Source: a virus. Taken from it: a stretch of 64,000 nt of DNA. The translations under genes and the position numbers were made by a program. The stretch is from the IMG/VR virus record IMGVR_UViG_3300017917_001958, positions 1 to 64,000 of that record. One strand, written 5' to 3'. The notes under the pieces were generated by a model. The model made no database searches and was not told the DNA's origin. It saw only the letters and a program-made list of their open reading frames with translations. This document shows positions 40,257 to 49,150 of the stretch, piece by piece; position 1 is the first letter of the stretch; every line of letters begins with the position of its first letter.

Positions 40257-43136
40257 TTAAATATTCTCAAATGAAGCACCTGTTGGGGTAATTATAAATT
40301 CTAAATCAATAAATTCTAGAGATCTAGTTGGTTTTATATAAATTTTACCTCTCAACGTATTTGCATCTATATCTTCTGGGTCATTTGATACCGTTACACG
40401 GAAATCATATAATCCTCTTTCTTTCTTAATAGATTCAAGAATTGGATTAGTTAATCTCAAGAACTCTTGTCTTACTTGATCATCATTCTGCTCAAATAAT
40501 AATCTTACAGCAACTGCAGATATTAATTTTCTTGCTCTCAATAATAATCTTCTTACATTAATTCTATCTAGTGCTGATTCTCTTACTTGAAGAGTTTTGT
40601 TACCCCAAATAATTGTACCAGTGTCAGAAAATGTTGCAATTGGATTAATTCTATTTTTATAAAGATTATCTCTTTCGTCTAGAGTTAATTTTTTAGTTGC
40701 TTTAATTGCGTTTACCAATCCTCTTGAATAACCAGCGACTGCGAACCAAGGATAAGATACATTATCTGTCAAAGCAATATTTTTAACAACTTCACCTGTC
40801 GGTGGAATATATAATTGTGTTGAATTGTCAGTATCTCTTACTTGAATCCAAGGCCAGTAAGTTGCTGAATAGTTACTATCCAATGCAATTGCATCCAATT
40901 GGTCTACAACTTCGTCTGAAGTTGAAACGTTTGGTGATGAAATAATATAAAGTGAATCCGCTCTTTCATTTTCAATCATATCTACCGCCTGAGTGGTTAA
41001 TGAACTATGATCATAGAAATTAATACCCGGAGTTGCGAAAACATTTATATCAACCGCTTCTGGATTTGAGAATGTTTGAATACCTTGTAGAAACGCATAA
41101 TAATCTGAATTACCTGTTGTTGTACTAAATACCCCACCATTTGTAGTGTAATTTGCAATATAATTGTTTTTACCAAAAATATAACCATCACTATATGTTC
41201 TAACATTTCTGTAGATATCCCAACCATCATATCCACCAAATACTGCAAATGTAAATTTACGGTAATTGATATTAGTTAATTTATTGTCGGTACCTGTTTG
41301 TCCTTCAAGATCATAAGGTGTTGTTTTGTAGATTGGATCACCGTTTGTATCAAGTATTGTAGATGCGTTTGTAGACATATGGAAACCATATGTTGAACCA
41401 TTTGCACTGAAACCTTTCCATTTTAGTAAATCCATATCAAATTGAGATCCATTTTGAGATGAAAGACCCAATGATACTTTTTTAAATTTATCACCATTTG
41501 ATTGTACTGGTGTACCATCTGTTTGATAATACATTGTATCACCTGCATCAAAGTATTCTGTCTTATATATAACACTACCTAATGTTTTACCTGAAAATGA
41601 TTCATTATTGGTAAATCCTTTAAATCCTGCCGGAAACGCATCTGTAGGTGCGTTACTTGACATATTTAACATGATATATTTTGAATTTAAAGTAAATTCA
41701 CCATCGGAGGTACCTACTTTTCTTGCAACATATCCCGGTAATTCCGGATTCATTGTACATCTCGAGAATTTCTCGATAATTGCAGGATTTTCATCAGTAT
41801 CATTAAAATCACGAATAAGAATATCAAATTCACCGCTATCTAAGTTAATGTTAACTATCGATACTTTAATTTGATAGTTTGCTGAATCACCATCTGAAAT
41901 AGTTATTACTTCAAATAAATCATGAACAACTCCACCACGAACTTCAGAAACAACCATTGGTGAGATTGTTGTATCCCAAGAATGTAAGAAATTGTCACCT
42001 TCTAAATTATATACCTCTTCTAAACTTAGACCTCTAATTAATCCTTTTTGATAACCGTTTAATACTAAATTAGGATATGATTCATAAACATATAAAGGTG
42101 TATCACTATATGATTTATCATAAACATCAGAACCCAATACTTTTTTAATATATTTTGATGATGTTGTATCTAATGTACATGTGAATGATTTTGCACCACC
42201 AGTATGTCCGGTTACATTAATTGTGAATTCACCTAATGGATTTGTTTCAATACCTGTAACATCGGTTAATGAATAACTTGTATTACCTGTTACTTCTAAA
42301 ATTAAAGTGTTACCACTATAACGACCTCTTGATCTTAATGCTGCAACTACAACATCATGATAATCACTATTTAAGGTTGCTGGATATTTGTATCTTGTAA
42401 CATCAAATCTTGATGTACCACTTGAATAAACAAATAAATAACCATAAACCCCATCTATTGTAGAATCGGTTACACCTGATTTATTGTAAAGAACGTTATA
42501 CCATTCTTTTTCATTATTATTATCTACATTGATTTTTCCTGTAAGTGGTGAAACTACTTCTTCACCTGTTAAACCCGTTACATCATTGTCATTAACTTTA
42601 CCTAAAACAAACCATAAACCGTTGTCGGTTGATGTTAGTCCACTATAGTTAGATACAATGTAATCAGTTATTGATGTTCCATCAATTGATGTTTTACCGG
42701 AAAGTTCTGCGTAAATAGGACTACTTGTTATATTAACAGTAGTTGCAGATAATGTAAAACCTGTTGAAGTGTATGATGTAGTATCTACATTTACACCACC
42801 TAAAGTTTTAATACCGAAAGTTTTGTAAGGTTTATATCCCGTCAAACCAAGAATTCTTGTTACGAATAATTGATTTGATTCTTGTAAATAAGACTTAGCA
42901 ACATAAGGTAATTCATACTTAGGGTTGTTAGCACCATCTTTTAATGGTGTTGTACCTCCAAAATATGTTTTGAATTCATCGAAATTTGTAATTAAAATTG
43001 GTTCAAAAGCGGGACCTTGTAAAGTCTCACCAACTAAACCAAGAGTAGTTACACCGACACTTTGTGCTACGAATGTTAGATCCTTTTCAGATGTATAGAC
43101 ACCTGGAGAAACGAATACTCTGTTTGAATTTGCCAT
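40257..43136 (-). CDS. Contractile tail sheath protein (T4 gp18-like, 959 aa)
   Basis: N-terminal FVSPGVYTSEKDL...GETLQGPAFEP; C-terminal YSATYWPW, PWFAVAGYSRG, RINPI, WGNKTL, RINVRRL, FEQND and IKPTRSLEFI. Confidence 0.96.
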   Translation of the reverse strand: MANSNRVFVSPGVYTSEKDLTFVAQSVGVTTLGLVGETLQGPAFEPILITNFDEFKTYFGGTTPLKDGANNPKYELPYVAKSYLQESNQLFVTRILGLTGYKPYKTFGIKTLGGVNVDTTSYTSTGFTLSATTVNITSSPIYAELSGKTSIDGTSITDYIVSNYSGLTSTDNGLWFVLGKVNDNDVTGLTGEEVVSPLTGKINVDNNNEKEWYNVLYNKSGVTDSTIDGVYGYLFVYSSGTSRFDVTRYKYPATLNSDYHDVVVAALRSRGRYSGNTLILEVTGNTSYSLTDVTGIETNPLGEFTINVTGHTGGAKSFTCTLDTTSSKYIKKVLGSDVYDKSYSDTPLYVYESYPNLVLNGYQKGLIRGLSLEEVYNLEGDNFLHSWDTTISPMVVSEVRGGVVHDLFEVITISDGDSANYQIKVSIVNINLDSGEFDILIRDFNDTDENPAIIEKFSRCTMNPELPGYVARKVGTSDGEFTLNSKYIMLNMSSNAPTDAFPAGFKGFTNNESFSGKTLGSVIYKTEYFDAGDTMYYQTDGTPVQSNGDKFKKVSLGLSSQNGSQFDMDLLKWKGFSANGSTYGFHMSTNASTILDTNGDPIYKTTPYDLEGQTGTDNKLTNINYRKFTFAVFGGYDGWDIYRNVRTYSDGYIFGKNNYIANYTTNGGVFSTTTGNSDYYAFLQGIQTFSNPEAVDINVFATPGINFYDHSSLTTQAVDMIENERADSLYIISSPNVSTSDEVVDQLDAIALDSNYSATYWPWIQVRDTDNSTQLYIPPTGEVVKNIALTDNVSYPWFAVAGYSRGLVNAIKATKKLTLDERDNLYKNRINPIATFSDTGTIIWGNKTLQVRESALDRINVRRLLLRARKLISAVAVRLLFEQNDDQVRQEFLRLTNPILESIKKERGLYDFRVTVSNDPEDIDANTLRGKIYIKPTRSLEFIDLEFIITPTGASFENI

Positions 43137-43230
43137 TGATTTTTATTTGGTTAAATATTTTTATTACTTATACTATAAATATCTTTGTTTTTACCAAAGA
43201 TTTCCGTATATTTTAATAAAAGATATTTAA

Positions 43231-43259
43231 TTATCTTAATTTATCTTAATTTATCTTTA
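43231..43259 (+). repeat. Three tandem 10-bp repeats (TTATCTTAAT x2, then TTATCTTTA) abutting the RHH gene start; putative operator
   Basis: Seen directly; further TATCTT/AAGAT half-sites occur near 43180, 43197 and 43220. Confidence 0.6.
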
Positions 43260-43260
43260 T

Positions 43261-43446
43261 ATGGGTTTAGAATCAGTAAACAAAACTAAAAACATAAAAA
43301 TCAGTGAAAATCATCACAAAATTTTAAAATTGTATTGTGATAAAAATGGTTTAAAAATTTATAAAGTTTTAGAAAAATGGATTGACGAACATTGTTCATC
43401 AAAAAAGAAAGATTCTACAAAAGATTTGTATGGAGATGATAATTAG
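43261..43446 (+). CDS. Small ribbon-helix-helix-like DNA-binding protein (61 aa)
   Basis: KNIKISENHHKILKLYCDKNGLKIYKVLEKWI shows an alternating beta strand plus two helices, the RHH pattern; lone plus-strand gene divergent from the sheath gene. Confidence 0.65.
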   Translation: MGLESVNKTKNIKISENHHKILKLYCDKNGLKIYKVLEKWIDEHCSSKKKDSTKDLYGDDN

Positions 43447-44681
43447 AAAACATATGTTATACCAATTTTAGATCCTATAACAGGTGAATATTGTAATGTC
43501 ACTTCATTTTTACCGGATACCTCATACCCGTTTGGTCCTTCATCTTCCACAAGACCGTTAATATCTAAGGTAACAACACTATTGATAGCATTTAATAAAG
43601 TAAAAGTTAAATTATTTCCATCGTATATAAAGTATTCAGTTGTTACTTGAAGCGGTTTACCATAGGTGTCAAGAAAAACACTATTTTTTCCTCTGTAATA
43701 TGTTATTGTAATTATACTTCCTTCAAGGGGAGGTGTCGTAAAGGTTATTTTTGATGTTCCCGCCACATGATAATAATGAACATCTCTTATTTGTAATAAA
43801 CCATTTATACCAACATTAAATAAAATCCCAATACTTTCACCCACACTAAATGAAGTCTGCATACCATCTGCTGTAAATGTAACGATAGTAATATCGATGT
43901 TTTTACTGATGTATTTTTTTTGATAATTATTACTTTGTATAAATTCATTCAAAAGAAAAAATCTACTGATGGCAGGTTTTACTTCAAATTCCTCACTATC
44001 AATTAAGAAACCTAACATTGTGAATTTATAATTTTGAATATAAAATCTACGACCATCTAATGTTTCCATTGGTGTAGTATCTTCAATAGAATCTAAGACT
44101 ATAGGTATGTAATGTCCCTTAACCATCGTGTAATCTTGCCTTGATGCAAAATGTTGTAGTACTATCTTATTAAAACGATTTAAATCTCTAAATTTTGTAC
44201 AAATAATAGTCACTTCATATGATATATCAACCGGTACAGGTTGTGGTATTTTGTAAATATCTGCGCCCATTGAGTTACCATCCCAAGTTGGTACCGATGC
44301 ATAATAGAATTGATGTCTATCGGGAACCGTTCTTTGAACAGATGGATTTGTACCCGGTTGAACATCAGGTTTTCTTATTGTTGAAATAAAAGGTAATTGA
44401 ATATTTCTATCATCATCAGTAAATTCCCAATTATTTGTAAATTCCGCCCATCTTTGTATGGTCAAAATTTTATCTATCACTGGTATTTTTTTACCGTCTG
44501 AAACAACAACGAATTTATCTTTAACATAATCCAACATACCTTTATCTAAATCATCATGTAATATTGAATCCGGTAAATAAGAATCTGATTTTGTTATTTT
44601 ATCTAACAACTCCTGTCTTCTTTCCAATAATTGTTTCTCCGTATAAACTGAGATATTAGTTTTTCTTTTTGGGTATGCCAT
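43443..44681 (-). CDS. Tail terminator / sheath stabiliser (T4 gp15-like) with two tandem C-terminal beta-sandwich repeats
   Basis: IPV...QRW...LPFISTIR...PQPVPVDISYEVTI pattern; C-terminal repeats DGMQTSF..INGLLQ / DGNNLTF..INGLVE. Start moved to ATG 44681, just after the upstream stop. Confidence 0.7.
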   Translation of the reverse strand: MAYPKRKTNISVYTEKQLLERRQELLDKITKSDSYLPDSILHDDLDKGMLDYVKDKFVVVSDGKKIPVIDKILTIQRWAEFTNNWEFTDDDRNIQLPFISTIRKPDVQPGTNPSVQRTVPDRHQFYYASVPTWDGNSMGADIYKIPQPVPVDISYEVTIICTKFRDLNRFNKIVLQHFASRQDYTMVKGHYIPIVLDSIEDTTPMETLDGRRFYIQNYKFTMLGFLIDSEEFEVKPAISRFFLLNEFIQSNNYQKKYISKNIDITIVTFTADGMQTSFSVGESIGILFNVGINGLLQIRDVHYYHVAGTSKITFTTPPLEGSIITITYYRGKNSVFLDTYGKPLQVTTEYFIYDGNNLTFTLLNAINSVVTLDINGLVEDEGPNGYEVSGKNEVTLQYSPVIGSKIGITYVF

Positions 44682-44682
44682 T

Positions 44683-45195
44683 TTATACTCCTCTAAATTG
44701 TGCGTCTTGAACCGCTGCACATGTTATTGTTCTATAATATGGTTTGTAACCAAACATATTATGTTTATTATCAGATGTTACTTTACCATCATTTGTTACG
44801 GTGTAATATCTTGTTCTTGTTTCCGACTCAGGATATCCAATATAATCACCATATTTTACATCTATCTTTAACTCATCTAAATGTTTAATATAAACAGATA
44901 GGGTCATGTTACCGGGTTCATTATAACGAACAAGACCATTTTTATATGAATTATTTTTTGGTTCTTCAATTTTAACCAACGCATTAAATTCTACGGGCGG
45001 GTAAAACTTAATTTGATCTGAACCAACCTCACCATAAATAGAATCGACTTCAGTTTTTTGACCGTCAACACGATAAAGAACTAATTTCATGTTTAAATCT
45101 CCATGAAGATATTCAGAACCAATTTGAATATGAAGATCAAAATCGTCCTGTGAAAAAAACTTGGAACCTCTCGTAATTGGTATTTTATTATCCAT
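44683..45195 (-). CDS. Neck / head-closure protein (T4 gp14-like)
   Basis: LYRVD..KT...IYGE....KFYPPVE...GDYI pattern; upstream of the tail terminator gene. Confidence 0.65.
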   Translation of the reverse strand: MDNKIPITRGSKFFSQDDFDLHIQIGSEYLHGDLNMKLVLYRVDGQKTEVDSIYGEVGSDQIKFYPPVEFNALVKIEEPKNNSYKNGLVRYNEPGNMTLSVYIKHLDELKIDVKYGDYIGYPESETRTRYYTVTNDGKVTSDNKHNMFGYKPYYRTITCAAVQDAQFRGV

Positions 45196-45246
45196 ATTGT
45201 TATAAATAGTTTAAAATTACAATCTATTTATGTATATTTTAAATGT

Positions 45247-46998
45247 ATGGAAATAAAAATCCCCGAAATAGACGCAAAAAATATTTTATTAAAATATGAA
45301 GGTGCCAATAATCAATTATTGGAATGGAAAAGAAAATTTATTGAAGTTAAAAATTTTAAACTAACCAGAACACAATCGGAGTACGTACAAAAATATCATG
45401 AAATATCACCTAAAATAGCAAAAAAATATATAACAATAGTAGCTAGTTTTGGTGAAAAAATAATGGAAGATAGACTTTTAACCAAACCACCTGAAAAAAT
45501 TTGGTGTGAAAAATTATTATGTGAATCCGAAAAGGCATATCATATTTGGGGTAAAATTTTAGATTCTGAAAAAAATTATGCGTTTTGGTTACCAAAAGCA
45601 TCAATACAACAAGAAGAAAAAAAATTAAATAGGGTTATTGATTATTCTAAATATAAATCAAGACCACCCATGGAACATCAAAAGATTGCAATTGAAAAAT
45701 TATTAGCAAATAATAAATTTATTTTAGCTGACGACATGGGTTTAGGGAAAACAACATCGGCAGTTATAGCATCTATAGAAAGTGGCGCTAGAAAAATTTT
45801 AATTGTTTGTCCAGCATCTTTAAAAATTAATTGGGAAAGAGAAATTAAAAATTATTGTGATAAAAAAATTTTAATTGTTGAAGGTCGTAAATGGGGTCAC
45901 ACTTTTGATTATTATATCATTAATTACGATATTATAAAAAATTACCATACAACAGATAAAAGTGAAGATAGTGATGATTATAAATTATTGGTTAATACTA
46001 ATTTTGATTTGGCTATAGTTGATGAAGCACATTATATTTCAAATGCTGCTGCAAATAGAACAAAATTATTAAACGACGTATTAGAAACAATACCAAAAGT
46101 GTGGTTACTAACCGGGACACCAATGACATCAAGACCAATAAATTATTTTAATTTATTAAAAATTGTCGAATCACCATTGACATTGAATTGGCAATCATAT
46201 GTTCGTAGATATTGTAAAGGATTTCAATTTAAAGTTGGAAATAGGAAAATTTGGAATACAAGTGGTGCAAGTAATTTAGATGAATTAAGAGAAAGAACAA
46301 AGAATATCGTTCTTCGTAGAATGAAAACGGATATCCTTGATCTACCTGAAAAAATAGTTACTCCGGTTTTTCTTGAATTAACAAGTAAAATGTACGATGA
46401 AGAGTTGGAAGAATTTACACGTATTAGTAATGATAAAAAAAATGATGAAACAATAAGTGTAACAATAAATCGTTTAATGAAAATTCGTCAATTAATATCA
46501 TATGAAAAAATTCCATGTACTTGTGAACTTATTGATAAATGTATTGAACAAGGTAAGAAAGTTATTGTACTAACTAATTTTACTATGACTCTCGATATGT
46601 TACATGAAAAATATAAGAAAAATTCGGTAACACTTGATGGTCGTATGAATAAAGATAAAAGACAAGAAAATGTTGATAGATTTCAAAATGACGATAAAAT
46701 AAAAGTGTTTATTGGTAACATTAAAGCTGCCGGTGTTGGTATTACGTTAACAGCAGCAGAAGTGGTTATCATGAATGACTTATCATTTGTTCCTGCCGAT
46801 CATTCTCAAGGAGAAGATAGAGCTTATAGATATGGACAAAAAAATAGTGTTCTCGTTTATTATCCGGTATTTGAGAACACTATAGAAAAAATTATATATA
46901 ATATTTTACAAAAAAAGAAAAATGTTATTGACCAAGTTATGGGTGATGGAGAATATTCTGAATCTTTTAGTAAAGATTTATTAAAGAGTATTCTTTAA
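45247..46998 (+). CDS. SNF2-family (SMARCAL1/HARP-like) helicase
   Basis: LADDMGLGKT, VCPASLKINW, VDEAH, LLTGTP, LRRMK, AAGVGITLT and QGEDRAYRYGQ motifs. Confidence 0.93.
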   Translation: MEIKIPEIDAKNILLKYEGANNQLLEWKRKFIEVKNFKLTRTQSEYVQKYHEISPKIAKKYITIVASFGEKIMEDRLLTKPPEKIWCEKLLCESEKAYHIWGKILDSEKNYAFWLPKASIQQEEKKLNRVIDYSKYKSRPPMEHQKIAIEKLLANNKFILADDMGLGKTTSAVIASIESGARKILIVCPASLKINWEREIKNYCDKKILIVEGRKWGHTFDYYIINYDIIKNYHTTDKSEDSDDYKLLVNTNFDLAIVDEAHYISNAAANRTKLLNDVLETIPKVWLLTGTPMTSRPINYFNLLKIVESPLTLNWQSYVRRYCKGFQFKVGNRKIWNTSGASNLDELRERTKNIVLRRMKTDILDLPEKIVTPVFLELTSKMYDEELEEFTRISNDKKNDETISVTINRLMKIRQLISYEKIPCTCELIDKCIEQGKKVIVLTNFTMTLDMLHEKYKKNSVTLDGRMNKDKRQENVDRFQNDDKIKVFIGNIKAAGVGITLTAAEVVIMNDLSFVPADHSQGEDRAYRYGQKNSVLVYYPVFENTIEKIIYNILQKKKNVIDQVMGDGEYSESFSKDLLKSIL

Positions 46999-47970
46999 GT
47001 CCTCAAATTTTTCAGTTAAATATTTTTCTAAATTTTCATCTTTAAAATTACCAATTGTTATTGTAACTATTTTTTCGGGTTCGGAAACCCATGTAATGTT
47101 ATTTGTCTCTTCTGGTTTATTTTTTAAATCAAAAACAATTTTATTCTTTGCACAATGAGTTAACATTTCATGTAAAATTTGTGGTATTGGCATATTCTTT
47201 ATAATTACTTTATTTTCTAATAGTTCTTCTGGAAAAAAGTATGTTTCTCCCATCCTACTAATTTTTTCTTTTTGATTTTTAAACACAATAATTCTTGTTT
47301 GATTATTTTCTATGTCAACAAAACAATAATGTGTTGCAGGAGACTTTAAATCGTTAACTGAACTTGTTAATGAAAATGAATTTAAATTTTTTTGAAATTT
47401 TCCACTCTTTACTTGTATTGTAAATACTTCTCCTGTTGTTGTGTATAATCTAATATCTATACCATTAAAATCATCCAAATCACCTCTATCTAAAGAAAAA
47501 TGAATTTTTTTAAATTCATAACCTTCAAATATTTCTCTAAAAATATATAAAAAGGCTATTGTGGTGATTTGACCATTTGACCAAGACTTATTAGTTCTTA
47601 ATAATAATTGATAATAATATTTTGTTTCAATATTATCAGTAAAAAATAATTCCCATTTACTTTCTAAAAAAATCCATAATTTTTTGATGTTGTTAAACCA
47701 TTGACCACTATTAGAAAAGTCTAATTCTTTCATACCTAACTTTACCGCCCAATTATAAAGATCACAAAAACAATATGGATGTGTGTTTATTGAATTTCTC
47801 CAACACCACCGTAAATCATTATCTTTAAGACCAAATATTCCATTTATTTCATGTTTTACCCAATGATTAAATTCTAATCCCTTTCTTTCCATAACATCAT
47901 TACAAACTTTCTTGTAACATTCTTTAAAATAAGAATTATTCATTAATATTTTAGCTTCATCATATATCAT
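46981..47970 (-). CDS. Putative PD-(D/E)xK endonuclease
   Basis: DDFNGIDIRL...TIQVKS matches the restriction-like nuclease core; start moved to ATG 47970 to avoid overlap with the divergent gene. Confidence 0.55.
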   Translation of the reverse strand: MIYDEAKILMNNSYFKECYKKVCNDVMERKGLEFNHWVKHEINGIFGLKDNDLRWCWRNSINTHPYCFCDLYNWAVKLGMKELDFSNSGQWFNNIKKLWIFLESKWELFFTDNIETKYYYQLLLRTNKSWSNGQITTIAFLYIFREIFEGYEFKKIHFSLDRGDLDDFNGIDIRLYTTTGEVFTIQVKSGKFQKNLNSFSLTSSVNDLKSPATHYCFVDIENNQTRIIVFKNQKEKISRMGETYFFPEELLENKVIIKNMPIPQILHEMLTHCAKNKIVFDLKNKPEETNNITWVSEPEKIVTITIGNFKDENLEKYLTEKFEDLKNTL

Positions 47971-48031
47971 AATGAAAAATATAACTAATATTTTTGGAAA
48001 ATCATAACAAAATACCAGATATTTATCAAAT

Positions 48032-49150
48032 ATGAGCACAACAATTATAACCCAAGATCAAAAAGAAAAATTATATACTCAAGTTTTTCACTTATTAGGT
48101 ATGCCGGTTCGTGGTATTGAACTTACTGAAGAACAAATGGATACTTTTTTAGAATTATCGATATCAGAATATGAACAATATGTTAGTGATTGGTTAATAG
48201 AATCTCAATGGTCAGCATTAGCCGGGTTAGATATTGATACACAATCTTTAACAAGAGCGTTTACAACAAGAAGTTTAGATTATGAAACACAATATTCATA
48301 TTCGTATTCTAAAATTGTTGGATTACAAGCTGGTGGTCCTCATGAATTAAAAAAGGATTTTTTTGAACTAACTAAAGGTCAACAGGTTTATGAATTACCG
48401 GCAGGACGTGAAATAAATGAATTATTATGGTTCACACGTGCAACATTAACAGATTCAATTGTTGACCCATTTTTAGGTGGTTTTGGTGGTCTTGGTGGTG
48501 TTGGTTTTGGTGGTGTTGGTGGTTTTGCTCAAGTAGGTTCATCCGGATCATATTTTATGTTACCGGCATTTGATCTTTTATTAAGAATGGGTGATAGAAA
48601 TATTAAAAACAGATTAATAGGTGGTGAATTAACATATAGAATTACTGCAGGACCCAACGGAACAAAACATGTTCATTTATATAATGTTCCGGGTGGAAAA
48701 TTTGATTTTGGTTCAATAACAAATAATAATTTTAAGGTATGGTATTGGTATTATGAAACTACCGATCGAGATACGTGTCTTGATAAGAATAAGGATATTG
48801 TAAAATTACCATCTGATGTCGATACTGAAGAGTTAACATGGGATAAATTAAATAAACCAGCACAGAATTGGGCTAGAAAATATTTGATTGCTTACGCAAA
48901 AGAAGGTTTGGCTAGAATTTGGGGTAAATTTTCCGGTGATTTACAGGTACCTGATAGTCAGATTAAATTGGATTATAATTCATTGTTAACTGAAGCAAAA
49001 GATGAAAAATCTAAATTAGTTGAGGAACTTATGCAAAGATTAGAAAGACTCCGCCCCGAAAAAATTCTTGAAAGAAAAGGTAACGAGGCGGAAAATCTTA
49101 ATAAATCATTGAAATACAGACCAATGGTATCACCGTTTAATGTAATATAA
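48032..49150 (+). CDS. Neck / head-tail adaptor protein (T4 gp13-like)
   Basis: LLGMPVRGIELTEEQMD N-terminus and WARKYLIAYAKEGLARIWGKF...KLDYNSLLTEA C-terminus, typical of gp13-like proteins. Confidence 0.8.
   Translation: MSTTIITQDQKEKLYTQVFHLLGMPVRGIELTEEQMDTFLELSISEYEQYVSDWLIESQWSALAGLDIDTQSLTRAFTTRSLDYETQYSYSYSKIVGLQAGGPHELKKDFFELTKGQQVYELPAGREINELLWFTRATLTDSIVDPFLGGFGGLGGVGFGGVGGFAQVGSSGSYFMLPAFDLLLRMGDRNIKNRLIGGELTYRITAGPNGTKHVHLYNVPGGKFDFGSITNNNFKVWYWYYETTDRDTCLDKNKDIVKLPSDVDTEELTWDKLNKPAQNWARKYLIAYAKEGLARIWGKFSGDLQVPDSQIKLDYNSLLTEAKDEKSKLVEELMQRLERLRPEKILERKGNEAENLNKSLKYRPMVSPFNVI

Noticed and set aside
48475-48545. GGT-rich repeat in the neck gene as a separate element
   Set aside because: It is an in-frame Gly-rich loop (GGFGGLGGVGFGGVGGF) of the gp13-like protein.
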